DNA of 64,000 bases, from contig JAENWW010000005.1 in NCBI GenBank assembly GCA_016649875.1, forward strand, positions 12,401 to 76,400. The letters run 5' to 3'. Position 1 is the first letter of the stretch; the number at the start of each line of letters is the position of its first letter. Shown one piece after another: positions 8,318 through 18,036 of the stretch. Under the pieces are notes generated by a model. It had not been told where the DNA came from. It worked only from the letters and a program-made list of their open reading frames with translations, and ran no database searches. The translations under genes were made by a program, and so were the position numbers. Source of the DNA: Coriobacteriia bacterium (GTDB taxonomy: Bacteria > Actinomycetota > Coriobacteriia > WRKU01 > JAENWW01).

Positions 8318-9280
8318 ATGCAGTTCCCACAGATACGAAAAAAACTAGAAGCGATTGAAAACGGGGAGGCTCCCGAAGGTTCGCGCGCTCCGCAGGAGAG
8401 AGTGCCGCGCAGACGTGCTGTGCCGTCCGATTCGGGTACGCCCGCGCCGAAGCCGCAAGTCAAGCAGACGCCGAAGCCGCAGCAACAACCGAAACAACAG
8501 CCGCAAGCCAAGCAACAGCAACAGCCGAAGCAGCAACCCAGGGCCCAACAAAAGCAGGCTCCCAAACAACAGCCGAAGTCTGCGCCCAAAGCTCAGCCGA
8601 AGTCGGCTCCCGTGTCAACGGAATCCGTAAGGCTCGAGCCGGTCACCGATGTCAAGCTCGGTACCATCTACACCCGCTTTCACACCAACATCAAAAGCGT
8701 CAAGCGTCTGACGCATGTGGCCGAGCAGATGCTCGCCGATGATAAAGATGTGGCCGACGATCTTCTCCGCGCGCAGGTCGTGCAGATCGAATCGGCGTTC
8801 GATTTTTTCATGCATGAGTTCACGGTGTTCGGAATGACGAAGATATTCCTCGGCGAGTGGGACGATACGCGAGAGTTTCGCGCCTACCCCATAACGATGA
8901 AGGATTATCGCGCAGGTATCAAAAGCCTCGATGATGACGCGTGGTTTGCCAAAACCGTTATGCGCGCCTATGAAAAACAGCCGCTCATCAGCTATATCCG
9001 GTTCACAGAAGCACTCAAGATGATCGGGATATCCTTGGAAGCACTCGAGGGGTTGTCGCAGGGCAAGCTGGACGCGCGCACGTTACGCACCATAGTCGAT
9101 CAGGCCAGCAGCCGCCGCAACCAGATTGCGCACCAGACCGACCGTGCGCATGCGAGTCGCAAACAAAATGACATCGATGCCGAGTACATTCGTACGATGC
9201 TCGGTGATATCCGCATGGTCGTGAATGCCGTTTACGAGGCGGCATTGGAAAAATCCGCAAAGAGTTCCACGGGCAAATAG
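8318..9280 (+). CDS. Hypothetical protein: a short N-terminus, a PKQQ-rich low-complexity linker, and a C-terminal helical domain with a HEPN-like Rx4H motif
   Basis: 320 aa. Residues 44-98 are PK(Q)n repeats. R267-N-Q-I-A-H272 (nt 9116-9133) fits the HEPN RNxxxH signature. There is no TM segment or signal peptide. Confidence 0.6.
   Translation: MQFPQIRKKLEAIENGEAPEGSRAPQERVPRRRAVPSDSGTPAPKPQVKQTPKPQQQPKQQPQAKQQQQPKQQPRAQQKQAPKQQPKSAPKAQPKSAPVSTESVRLEPVTDVKLGTIYTRFHTNIKSVKRLTHVAEQMLADDKDVADDLLRAQVVQIESAFDFFMHEFTVFGMTKIFLGEWDDTREFRAYPITMKDYRAGIKSLDDDAWFAKTVMRAYEKQPLISYIRFTEALKMIGISLEALEGLSQGKLDARTLRTIVDQASSRRNQIAHQTDRAHASRKQNDIDAEYIRTMLGDIRMVVNAVYEAALEKSAKSSTGK
8447..8611 (+). repeat. Imperfect tandem in-frame repeats encoding PKQQP-type units (a coding low-complexity region)
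   Basis: The DNA shows reiterated ccgaagc(c/a)gcagcaacagccg-like units. The translated product is PKPQVKQTPKPQQQPKQQPQAKQQQQPKQQPRAQQKQAPKQQPKSAPKAQPKSAP. Confidence 0.6.
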
Positions 9281-9450
9281 CAACTTTTCGAGTCGGACGG
9301 ATGAGGCATGTGTGCTCATGTCGATTCAATGCACCGCACGCGTGCCATGATAGGATAGAAGAAGCGGTTTTCACCTCAATCGTCGGTGAAACCCCGATAA
9401 GCGAAATCAATCATTCGGCGCGAACGAAGTGTGCCTGTCTCGGAGTAACA

Positions 9451-11727
9451 GTGCTTGATCTCGATACACTCAACCCTCGCCAGAAAGAAGCCGTTCTGAC
9501 CATCGAGGGGCCGTTGTTGGTGTTGGCCGGTGCCGGTTCCGGCAAGACGCGCGTCTTGACCAGTCGCATCGCGCGCCTCATCAACGACCTTGGCATCTAT
9601 CCCAGTCAGATTCTGGCCATCACCTTCACCAACAAAGCCGCGGCGGAGATGCGCAGTCGCCTCCACAAACAAATCGGGGGCGATGTCGCTTCTATGTGGG
9701 TGGCGACGTTTCACGCGATGTGTGTGCGTATTTTGCGCGCGGACGGAGAGCGCATCGGCTTCACGCGCAACTTCACCATTTACGACGACGATGATCAAAA
9801 ACGGCTGGTAAAAGAAATCATGCAAACGTTGAGCGTCGATGATAAAAATTGGACGATCAATTCGATTCGCGGTCGTATATCCACGGCGAAAAGCAGTCTC
9901 ATGTCCGCAAACGAATACGCCGCCCGCGCCTCGACGCCGCCCGAAAAGGTGACGGCTCAAATCTATGCGGAATACGAGCGCCGCCTGAAAATGGCGAACG
10001 CCATGGATTTCGACGACCTGCTCCTCAACACGGTCGTGCTTTTCGAGAAACATCGCGATGTACTTGAGGCGTATCAGAACCGCTTCCGCTATATTCACGT
10101 CGACGAGTACCAAGACACCAACCATGCCCAGTATAAAATCACGAATCTGCTCGCTGAAAAGCACCATAACCTCATGGTGGTCGGGGACGACGATCAGTCG
10201 ATCTACTCGTGGCGCGGCGCCGATATCACCAACATTCTCGAATTCGAAAAGGATTATCCCGAGGCGCACGTGGTGAAACTCGAGCAAAATTATCGCTCGA
10301 CGCAAAATATACTCGATGCGGCCAATGCCGTCGTGTCCAATAACACCGGTCGTAAAGACAAGAAGCTGTTCACCGACTCCGCGCGCGGGGAGAAAATAAA
10401 ACTCTATCTGGCGACCACGGAAAAAGACGAGGCGAATTACATCGCCGGTGAAATCGATCGTCTCACCGCCGACGGTACGCATCTTTACGGCGATTGTGCG
10501 GTCTTTTACCGCACGAACGCCCAAAGTCGAAATTTCGAGGATGCATTCTTGCGCGCGGGTATTCCGTATCGCTTGGTGGGCGGCACGAAGTTTTTCGCGC
10601 GCGTCGAGATTCGAAACGTCATGGCCTATCTCAAAGTCGTGCTCAACTCTGATGATGACATATCGGTGAAACGCATTATCAACGTTCCGCGCCGCGCGCT
10701 CGGAAAAACAACCATCGATCACGTGTCCGGTTTGGCATATGACAAGGGAGTCACGTTCGAGGCGGGCATAAAACTCGCCGTGGAAGAAGGCGCCCTTCGG
10801 TCGAATGCGATTACCTCACTCGATGATTTCGCCCATATGCTCGATGCTATGCGCGGCATGGAGGGCGGCTTGGTCGATATCGTCGAAATGATCGTCGACA
10901 AGTCGGGGTATTTGCGCTCGCTTGAAATAGAGCGCACCGATGAATCCCTCGCGCGCGCCGAGAACATCAAAGAGTTCGTCAGCGTGGTCGCCGACTACGC
11001 GCAAGAGCACGACGATGAGGAGAACACGCTTGCCGGTTTCATGGAATTCCTCGCATTGAGAACCGACCTTGACAGCGTGTCCGCCGATGACGACGCCGTC
11101 ACGCTCATGACGATCCACACCGCCAAAGGCCTCGAGTTCCCCGTCGTATTCGTGTCCGGGCTCGAAGAGGGGATATTCCCCCATCAGAACTCGATTTTTT
11201 CCGAATCCGGAGTCGAGGAGGAGCGCCGCCTTGCCTATGTCGCCATAACCAGAGCGCGCAAACAGCTCTTCTTATCCCGCGCGGCGACGCGTATGACGTT
11301 CGGCTCGACTTCATGCAATCCTGCGAGTCGTTTCATTGATGAGATTCCTAACGAGCTTCTCGAAATCGCCGGGATAGGTTCGAGAGATTACGGCGGATTC
11401 GGCCACGACAAACGAGGCGACCGCCGAGCGACATCATCGCACGGCGCCGGGACATCGCGTTATCTCGGCGGGAGCTACGTGTTCGACGACGCGGCCGTCG
11501 CCACCGGCAAGAGCCGTGTGGCCTCGTTCGGTTCGGCGAACTCCCCTTCTCGTAAAAAAGCGCATGAAAAAGTCCAGTTCGCCGTCGACGATCGTATCGA
11601 TCACAAGACGTTCGGGCGCGGTACGGTTGTCGGAGCATCGGGAGATTCGGTGGAAATCGCCTTCGACGGAACTGCGGGAACTAAAAAGTTGTTGGTAGGT
11701 TACGCTCCAATCGTTAAAATACAGTAG
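9451..11727 (+). CDS. pcrA: ATP-dependent DNA helicase PcrA/UvrD. The ORF is open from 9301. I prefer the GTG at 9451, which has a GGAG RBS.
   Basis: Walker A GAGSGKTRVLTSRIARLI and the full set of UvrD motifs. C-terminal Tudor-like tail. MLDLDTLNPRQKEAV aligns with typical PcrA N-termini. Confidence 0.85.
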   Translation: MLDLDTLNPRQKEAVLTIEGPLLVLAGAGSGKTRVLTSRIARLINDLGIYPSQILAITFTNKAAAEMRSRLHKQIGGDVASMWVATFHAMCVRILRADGERIGFTRNFTIYDDDDQKRLVKEIMQTLSVDDKNWTINSIRGRISTAKSSLMSANEYAARASTPPEKVTAQIYAEYERRLKMANAMDFDDLLLNTVVLFEKHRDVLEAYQNRFRYIHVDEYQDTNHAQYKITNLLAEKHHNLMVVGDDDQSIYSWRGADITNILEFEKDYPEAHVVKLEQNYRSTQNILDAANAVVSNNTGRKDKKLFTDSARGEKIKLYLATTEKDEANYIAGEIDRLTADGTHLYGDCAVFYRTNAQSRNFEDAFLRAGIPYRLVGGTKFFARVEIRNVMAYLKVVLNSDDDISVKRIINVPRRALGKTTIDHVSGLAYDKGVTFEAGIKLAVEEGALRSNAITSLDDFAHMLDAMRGMEGGLVDIVEMIVDKSGYLRSLEIERTDESLARAENIKEFVSVVADYAQEHDDEENTLAGFMEFLALRTDLDSVSADDDAVTLMTIHTAKGLEFPVVFVSGLEEGIFPHQNSIFSESGVEEERRLAYVAITRARKQLFLSRAATRMTFGSTSCNPASRFIDEIPNELLEIAGIGSRDYGGFGHDKRGDRRATSSHGAGTSRYLGGSYVFDDAAVATGKSRVASFGSANSPSRKKAHEKVQFAVDDRIDHKTFGRGTVVGASGDSVEIAFDGTAGTKKLLVGYAPIVKIQ

Positions 11728-11743
11728 GGTTATATAACTACTC

Positions 11744-13384
11744 ATGACAAAGGACCAACCTGTGAAACCAATTTATGTATTCGGACATCGTCATCCCGAC
11801 AACGATTCCATATGTTCGGCGGTTGCCTACGCGCATTTGAAGAACATCGTCGATTCTGAAAATACCTATATACCGGCGCGACTGGGCGATGTTCCGCGCG
11901 AAACGCAGTGGGTGTTCGAGCGTTGGGGTGCCACGCTTCCCGAATACATCAGCCACATCCACACTCGTGTCGGTGACGTTATGTCTTCCGAGGTCGTCAC
12001 CATCACTGCAAATCAACCCATGATCGATGCCGGCGATATCATGCGTGGACACGGCCCGCGCGCATTACCCGTCGTCGATGATGAAGGCCGAGTCATCGGA
12101 CTTCTCAGCCAGCATAGCTTGGCGACTCAATATCTCGAGGAAACAGAGATTGTCGGATTCGCTGAGCGATCCGTTACGGTGAGCCTTCTCGCGCGTGCGG
12201 TTTCCGGCGAAATCATCGCAGGAGACGCGGAGCAGATAATAGCGGGACGTGTGCATATCGCCGCAGACGAACCCGAGACGGTCGCGAGCGTGATTACGCC
12301 CGGAGATGCGGTAATCGTCGGCAACCGTATACGAACACAACCGATTGCTATCGAGGCCGGTGCCGGAGTGCTGATCGTCACGATGGGGAAAATGCCGGCA
12401 CGAGAAGTTCTCGACCTTGCTCGTGAAAAAGGCACGGTCATCATCTTGACGGAGTTCGGTTCATACGAAGTCGCGCGCAAGGTTTCACTCGCTCAATCGG
12501 TGGGCGATATCATGGACACCGAGCTTACCCTGACGACTTCCGAGAGTCTCTTGAGCGAGGCTTCGAGCGATCTGTTTTCGAGCGCTCAGCGTGAGCTGGT
12601 CGTGGTCGACGGAGATCGTCGGTGTGTCGGTATCTTGACGCGTACCGATGTCGCGCGTGGCGGCAAGCGTCGCGTCGTGCTCGTCGATCATAATGAGCAC
12701 CTACAGTCCGCGGTCGGCATCGAAGATGCCGCTGTGGTTGAAATCGTCGACCATCATCGAGTCGGAGACATTCAGTCGGCTGGGCCGATCCTCTTCCTCA
12801 ATATGCCCGTCGGATCGACGGCGACCATCGTCGCTTTGCGATTCTTCGAGCAAAATGTCGATATGCCGCGCGAAATCGCCGGTATTCTCATTTCGGCTCT
12901 TCTCACCGACACGGTGGTGTTGAAGTCGCCGACCACCACAAAAGTCGATCATGAAATCGTTGCAAAACTCGCAGCGATGCTCGACATCGATTATAGGGCG
13001 TACGGTATGGAGCTCTTCAAATCGAAAAGTAACGGCGCAAAATTCAGTGCGAAGGATGCGCTCAATGCCGACATCAAGGAGTACCGGGTCGGAGACCTCG
13101 TTATCGCCATCGGACAATACGAAACAATAGATATTTCCGAAGTACTCGATAATCGGGAGGCCGTTAAGAAAGAAATGGGCGATCTTCTCGAAGCGAAGGG
13201 TTATGACATCGTCGTATTGATGGCTACCGATATCATTCGCGAAGGATCCGAGATGTTCGTCGCCGGCAAAGAACGCAGGGCGGAACGCGCGCTCGGCATC
13301 ACTTTGAAAGACGGAAGCGCCTGGATGGACGGGATTCTCTCTCGCAAAAAGCAGGTCGCTTCTCGTTTTATGGATGCATCGTGA
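11744..13384 (+). CDS. ppaC: CBS-domain-containing manganese-dependent inorganic pyrophosphatase (DHH-CBS-DHHA2)
   Basis: DHH motif I YVFGHRHPDNDSICSA, a central CBS pair, and a C-terminal DHHA2 domain. Confidence 0.85.
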   Translation: MTKDQPVKPIYVFGHRHPDNDSICSAVAYAHLKNIVDSENTYIPARLGDVPRETQWVFERWGATLPEYISHIHTRVGDVMSSEVVTITANQPMIDAGDIMRGHGPRALPVVDDEGRVIGLLSQHSLATQYLEETEIVGFAERSVTVSLLARAVSGEIIAGDAEQIIAGRVHIAADEPETVASVITPGDAVIVGNRIRTQPIAIEAGAGVLIVTMGKMPAREVLDLAREKGTVIILTEFGSYEVARKVSLAQSVGDIMDTELTLTTSESLLSEASSDLFSSAQRELVVVDGDRRCVGILTRTDVARGGKRRVVLVDHNEHLQSAVGIEDAAVVEIVDHHRVGDIQSAGPILFLNMPVGSTATIVALRFFEQNVDMPREIAGILISALLTDTVVLKSPTTTKVDHEIVAKLAAMLDIDYRAYGMELFKSKSNGAKFSAKDALNADIKEYRVGDLVIAIGQYETIDISEVLDNREAVKKEMGDLLEAKGYDIVVLMATDIIREGSEMFVAGKERRAERALGITLKDGSAWMDGILSRKKQVASRFMDAS

Positions 13385-14034
13385 AATGGACCTCGGTGGC
13401 GGTCGCGTTCATTATGACCGGCCTGTCCCTCTATGGATTCTATGAGATCACCGATGACATCAACACATCCGATGCAATCCTGCGCTTCGATAATATGGTC
13501 ACCGAAAAAATTCAATCATTGCGAACGCCGAGTTTCGATGTATTCATGAAGTTCATGACCTATGCCGGCGGCTTCATCGGTGTCACTCTTTTGACGCTCA
13601 CACTTTTTCTCTATCTGAGACATATCGGTCGCGTCGACGATGCGAACTTCACTCTCGCACTCGTCATGCTGGGCGCCGGCTTGGCGAATGTGCTCAAGCT
13701 GGTGCTTAAACGCGTGCGTCCCGAGGCGGCGCTCGCACTCATCACGCTTCCCTCGTCCTCGAGTTTACCCTCCGGACACTCCATGGCAAGTATGTGCTTC
13801 GCACTGGCCGCCATGGAGGTGATACTCGTCGCTCCAACGCCTTCGCTTTTCGTGAAGGCGTTGGCATGCGCGGGGTGCCTCATCTATGCGGTGCTCGTCG
13901 GTGTGTCTCGCGTCTACCTCGGCGTTCATTATCCCAGTGATGTGGCGGCGGCTTGGCTTTTGGCGGTGGCGGTGATCTCGGGCGCGACTGCGCTCAATCG
14001 CATCGGGCACATCGGACGTCATTCTCTGAGGTGA
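13381..14034 (+). CDS. PAP2-family phosphatase (membrane)
   Basis: PAP2 motifs PSGHS and SRVYLGVHYPSD. Its GTG start overlaps the ppaC stop. Confidence 0.8.
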   Translation: MKWTSVAVAFIMTGLSLYGFYEITDDINTSDAILRFDNMVTEKIQSLRTPSFDVFMKFMTYAGGFIGVTLLTLTLFLYLRHIGRVDDANFTLALVMLGAGLANVLKLVLKRVRPEAALALITLPSSSSLPSGHSMASMCFALAAMEVILVAPTPSLFVKALACAGCLIYAVLVGVSRVYLGVHYPSDVAAAWLLAVAVISGATALNRIGHIGRHSLR

Positions 14035-14055
14035 TTGCGCGTAGTTCGCATGCTC

Positions 14056-15336
14056 TCAGCGTGCGAGAGGTAAGGTGACCGTGAAACAGGTACCCTTACC
14101 GAAATCGGACGATACCGAAATTTCGCCACCTATCTCCCTCACGGCGTGTTTTACCAGCGCCAAACCGAGGCCGGTACCTCCGCTTCTGCGTGACCTGCTT
14201 TTATCCACACGATAAAATCTTTCGAATATTCGCGATATGTCTTCGGGCGCAATTCCGATTCCGGTGTCGCACACGCTGATGACTCCGCTGGATTTCTCGC
14301 ACCCGACCGTCACTGTGACGGTGCCTCGATCCGTGTAGGTGAGCGCATTGTCGATGAGATTGTCGAGAATGATGGTGAGATCGGTCTCATTTGCGCGCAC
14401 GAGCAACTCTTCGGTGTCATCCGTCTTGAAGATCGTTTCGAGGGATACATTCTCATCGGCTGCGAGTTTTCGACGCGTCGAAGTGATGGTTTTCACGACG
14501 GGAATCATGTCTATGATTGCGTGTATTTCAGATGTTTCGCGCTCATAGCGTGAAAGGTCGAGGAGGTCGGACACGAGATGTTGCAATCCGCGGGCTTCGG
14601 TTTGGATCTGTTCGAGAAACGAGTGAACGGTGGCGACATCGCCGTCTTCGAGCGCCAGAAGCGCGGTCTCACCAATGAGATTGATGCCCGCGACCGGTGT
14701 TTTGAGCTCGTGGCTCGCCGCGATCACGAAGTCCTTTCGCATGAGATCGTTTTTCGACTGCTTCGTGGTATCGGTGATGCTGAGGAGTTCCATCGCACGA
14801 TTCGCATTTTGAGCGGGAAACTGCGTTGAAGTCACCTTATACGTATTTTGGAAGCGGTCGAAATCGACGATGATCGAGAGCGTCTGCCCCTTTGCCTCTG
14901 CGGCCGACGTGCCGGCTTCTCGAGCGGCGGCTCGTCCTTCGACGCGTGCTGCTGTTTTTTTCAGCTCGAGTTTTATAGACTGCGGTAGGGGAATGTCCGC
15001 CATCGTCTTGTGGACGTGCGTCTGCACGATTCCGAACAGTCTCGTCGCCGCGGCGTTGAACAGAATGAGTTGGTCTTCTTCGAACAGCAGAATCGCATCG
15101 GGGAGCACATCGACGATGTGGCTGAGTCGATTGCGCTCTTCGTCGAGGAGCACGATTTCTCGTCCGATGTTCTTCTTCAGTGCATTGATTTCACGAATGA
15201 TGGGGGCAAGCGTTCCGGAGGGTGGAAGCGTCGAGCCGCTGAAATTGCCCGCGGAAACGCGCTCGATGGTGTGCGCGACATTGTCGATGGTCTCTTTTTT
15301 CACCAAGCGGGGTATTTTATCTCCGTAGGCGCTCAT
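14056..15336 (-). CDS. Sensor histidine kinase (PhoR-like). No predicted TM segment.
   Basis: H-box ASHELKTPVAG, N/G1/G2 ATPase motifs (DNALTYT, VCDTGIGI, GGTGLGL). The N-terminal 200 aa have no hydrophobic helix. Overlaps the response-regulator gene (ATGA). Confidence 0.85.
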   Translation of the reverse strand: MSAYGDKIPRLVKKETIDNVAHTIERVSAGNFSGSTLPPSGTLAPIIREINALKKNIGREIVLLDEERNRLSHIVDVLPDAILLFEEDQLILFNAAATRLFGIVQTHVHKTMADIPLPQSIKLELKKTAARVEGRAAAREAGTSAAEAKGQTLSIIVDFDRFQNTYKVTSTQFPAQNANRAMELLSITDTTKQSKNDLMRKDFVIAASHELKTPVAGINLIGETALLALEDGDVATVHSFLEQIQTEARGLQHLVSDLLDLSRYERETSEIHAIIDMIPVVKTITSTRRKLAADENVSLETIFKTDDTEELLVRANETDLTIILDNLIDNALTYTDRGTVTVTVGCEKSSGVISVCDTGIGIAPEDISRIFERFYRVDKSRSRRSGGTGLGLALVKHAVREIGGEISVSSDFGKGTCFTVTLPLAR

Positions 15337-16040
15337 CGGAGGTTTCCTTTCGGTTTTTCCTCGACGGAAAGCTGATATCCGACTCCATGCACGGTTTTGA
15401 GAAAGGTGTAGCGCGACGGGTCTTCGACGAGCAAACGGAGGCGTCTCACGTGAACGTCGATGGTGCGCGACGAAGTGAGATGCTCATACCCCCAGACTTT
15501 CTCGGCGATTTCTTGACGCGTACACACGTCTCCGGCCGCCGCGACGATGAGGGCGAGCAGGTCGAACTCTTTCGGGCGCAGCTCGACGGCGGTACCACCG
15601 ACACTCACCGAACGTGTGCCGGTGTTTATGGCGACATCGCCGACTTCGAACAGTTTGTCGACCGGAATCGATTCCGAACCGGCGCGTCGTAGGTTTGCCT
15701 TCACGCGCGCGACGAGCTCTTCGAGCGAAAACGGTTTGGGGATGTAGTCGTCGGCGCCCAACGTGAGGCCGGCGACTTTGTCGGTGCTCTCTCCCAGTGC
15801 GCTCACTATCAATATGACGGTATGGGGATCGGTTTCACGGACGCGTTCGGTGATTTCGAAGCCGTCCATGCCCGGAAGCATGATATCGAGAATGATGAGG
15901 TCGGGCGCGAATTTTTCAATGGTGCTCAAAGCGTTCGTTCCCTCCGCAAGTGACTTGACTTCATAGTCGAGCCTGCGTAAGGCGAACTCCACGCTTTGCC
16001 GGATGGCGAAATCATCTTCGATGATAAGTATCTTTTCCAT
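15333..16040 (-). CDS. OmpR/PhoB-family response regulator
   Basis: Receiver domain with D residues (IIEDD...ILDIMLPGMDG) and a C-terminal winged-helix. Divergent from the pst operon. Confidence 0.9.
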   Translation of the reverse strand: MEKILIIEDDFAIRQSVEFALRRLDYEVKSLAEGTNALSTIEKFAPDLIILDIMLPGMDGFEITERVRETDPHTVILIVSALGESTDKVAGLTLGADDYIPKPFSLEELVARVKANLRRAGSESIPVDKLFEVGDVAINTGTRSVSVGGTAVELRPKEFDLLALIVAAAGDVCTRQEIAEKVWGYEHLTSSRTIDVHVRRLRLLVEDPSRYTFLKTVHGVGYQLSVEEKPKGNLR

Positions 16041-16212
16041 GCGTCTATTCTACACGTGAAAACAGGGAGGAAAACTCTGCTTAACGAAGACTTTACATTT
16101 GCCGTTTCCTTTTTACATTCCCCTAACCACTCAAAGATTGTGCACGGGTATCTTTACTCATGTAGGCGATGCGTCGATGAGGCGCAGGGAAAACTTTCGG
16201 AAGGAGACATCT

Positions 16213-17085
16213 GTGAAGGTTAGAAACTGGATCAAGATGCTTGGAACGGTCGCAGCGACTGCGGCATTGGTGTTTGTGCTCGTCGGTTGTGGAGGTACCA
16301 AGAGCTCCGGAGGCGATACGTCTCAGGCGCAGAGCGGGACAATTACCATCGAAGGATCCGATACGCTGATCAATCTCGCCCAAGCGTGGGCCGAGAGCTA
16401 TATGGGATCGAATTCCGGCGTGGCAATAACTGTCAAGGGCGGTGGTTCGGGAGTCGGTATCGTTTCTTTGGTAAACGGAACCGTCGATTTCGCCGATGCC
16501 AGTCGCAAAATGAAGGCAGAAGAGATCGCCGCGGATAAAAGCGCGGGTCGTACGCCGAAAGAAACCGCCGTGGCGCGTGACGGTATCGCCGTCATCGTCA
16601 ACAGCGCGAATAGTGTCAAGGGGCTGAGCACCGATCAACTTGGAAAGATCTATCGCGGCGAGACAACCAACTGGAAAGAAGTCGGCGGCAAAGACGCCCC
16701 CATCGTTCTCCTCGGTCGCGATACCTCTTCGGGAACCTATGAGTTCTTCAGCACGGCGGTGGTCGGCGCAAACGCAAAGTACGCGAAATCCATGCGCAGC
16801 ATGCAGTCGAACCAATCAATCGTCGATGAGGTCAAAGGTAACGCAAACGCAATCGGCTATGTCGGTATGGGTTACGAAAATCCGGCAATCTCCGTTCTCG
16901 AAGTAGACGGCAAGGCGGCGACCGTCGCGGCCGTCAAGGATGGCAGCTATACGCTTTCCCGCGACCTGTACATGTATTCGAACGGGGCACCGACCGGAGC
17001 AGCGAAGAAGTATCTCGACTGGATACTGAGTGACGCCGGACAAAAGATAGTCCAACAAGAGGGATTCGTCGCCCTCGGTAAGTAA
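16213..17085 (+). CDS. pstS: Phosphate ABC transporter substrate-binding lipoprotein PstS (GTG start with an AAGGAG RBS; the ORF is open from 16099)
   Basis: Lipobox LVGCGG and PstS-like motifs (SGTY, GSGVG). RBS at 16201-16206. Confidence 0.85.
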   Translation: MKVRNWIKMLGTVAATAALVFVLVGCGGTKSSGGDTSQAQSGTITIEGSDTLINLAQAWAESYMGSNSGVAITVKGGGSGVGIVSLVNGTVDFADASRKMKAEEIAADKSAGRTPKETAVARDGIAVIVNSANSVKGLSTDQLGKIYRGETTNWKEVGGKDAPIVLLGRDTSSGTYEFFSTAVVGANAKYAKSMRSMQSNQSIVDEVKGNANAIGYVGMGYENPAISVLEVDGKAATVAAVKDGSYTLSRDLYMYSNGAPTGAAKKYLDWILSDAGQKIVQQEGFVALGK

Positions 17086-17100
17086 CCTTTCCGTTGAAGA

Positions 17101-18033
17101 ATGTGGTATACGTTGATTAAACTCGGTAAACAACGCTCACTGAAAAGCCGCCTGAGAATGTCTCGGGCGGCTGACGTGACGGCGCGCGCGCTCATCACGT
17201 TGCTGGCTTTCACGGCCATCGCCATACTTGCCTCGATTTGCGTCTTCCTCGTGCAAAGTGCGATGAAGTCGATGGGCGAGGTCGGTCTCCTCTCCATGTT
17301 GAAGGGGACCAGCTGGTATCCGACGTCGGACCCGGCCGAATTCGGGTTCCTTCCCTCCGAACTCGGATCGTTTTGGGTAACGCTCGTCGCGCTGCTGCTC
17401 AGCGTCCCACTCGGCGTGGCCGCCGCGGTTTATCTTTCAGAATTCGCGCGTCCCGTCGTCAAAGAGTTCGGCAAGACGATTATCGAATTCATGGCTGCCG
17501 TTCCCTCGGTGGTGTTCGGTCTCATCGGTTTATATATAGTCGTGCCTCTGATCAAAACATCGTTTCATCTCGATTCGGGACTGACCGGACTGAGCGCGGG
17601 GCTTATCGTCGGCATCGTCTGTTTACCGACGATCATTTCGATATCCGAAGATGCCCTGCGTTCGGTGCCCGATGATTTGAGACGCGGTTCGCTTGCGCTG
17701 GGAAGCACACGGTGGCAAACCGCCGTGAAGATTATTTTGCCTGCGGCATCGTCGGGAATATTCGCTGCGGTGATGCTCGGGCTCGGACGTGCCATCGGGG
17801 AGACCATGGTCGTGCTCATGCTGGCCGGCAATGCGGGCATTTTACCGTCTTCGCCCTTTATGGCGGCGCGAACACTGACAGGTACCATCGCTCAAGAAAC
17901 AGGCGAAGTCATGCATGGTGGCCTGCACTATTCTGCGCTGTTCACCATGGGCCTCGTGCTCTTCGCTTGGACGTTCGTCATCAACCTTTTCGCCGATGTG
18001 ATTCTCGATCGACAAAAGAAAAAATGGAGCTGA
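17101..18033 (+). CDS. pstC: Phosphate ABC transporter permease PstC
   Basis: Six TM helices. Permease EAA-like loop SISEDALRSVPDDLRRGSLALGSTRWQ. An alternative start exists at 17161. Confidence 0.85.
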   Translation: MWYTLIKLGKQRSLKSRLRMSRAADVTARALITLLAFTAIAILASICVFLVQSAMKSMGEVGLLSMLKGTSWYPTSDPAEFGFLPSELGSFWVTLVALLLSVPLGVAAAVYLSEFARPVVKEFGKTIIEFMAAVPSVVFGLIGLYIVVPLIKTSFHLDSGLTGLSAGLIVGIVCLPTIISISEDALRSVPDDLRRGSLALGSTRWQTAVKIILPAASSGIFAAVMLGLGRAIGETMVVLMLAGNAGILPSSPFMAARTLTGTIAQETGEVMHGGLHYSALFTMGLVLFAWTFVINLFADVILDRQKKKWS

Positions 18034-18036
18034 GCC

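Noticed and set aside
8290-8589. A Cys/Gly-rich 99-aa ORF (CCFGCCCCLACGCC...) on the minus strand
   Set aside because: It is the antisense translation of the PKQQ-repeat DNA, so the low-complexity Cys/Gly run is a frame artefact of the repeat rather than a metallothionein-like gene.
9376-10722. A 448-aa antisense ORF inside pcrA. Similar long antisense ORFs sit inside the M20 peptidase (45422-46675), leuA-like (46952-48067), leuC (48134-49195), ilvB (55445-56752), the aminotransferase (58128-59183) and serA (59652-60620).
   Set aside because: High GC content suppresses stop codons on the opposite strand of real genes. All of these lie within strongly supported sense-strand CDSs, and their translations are Arg/His/Gly-rich nonsense.
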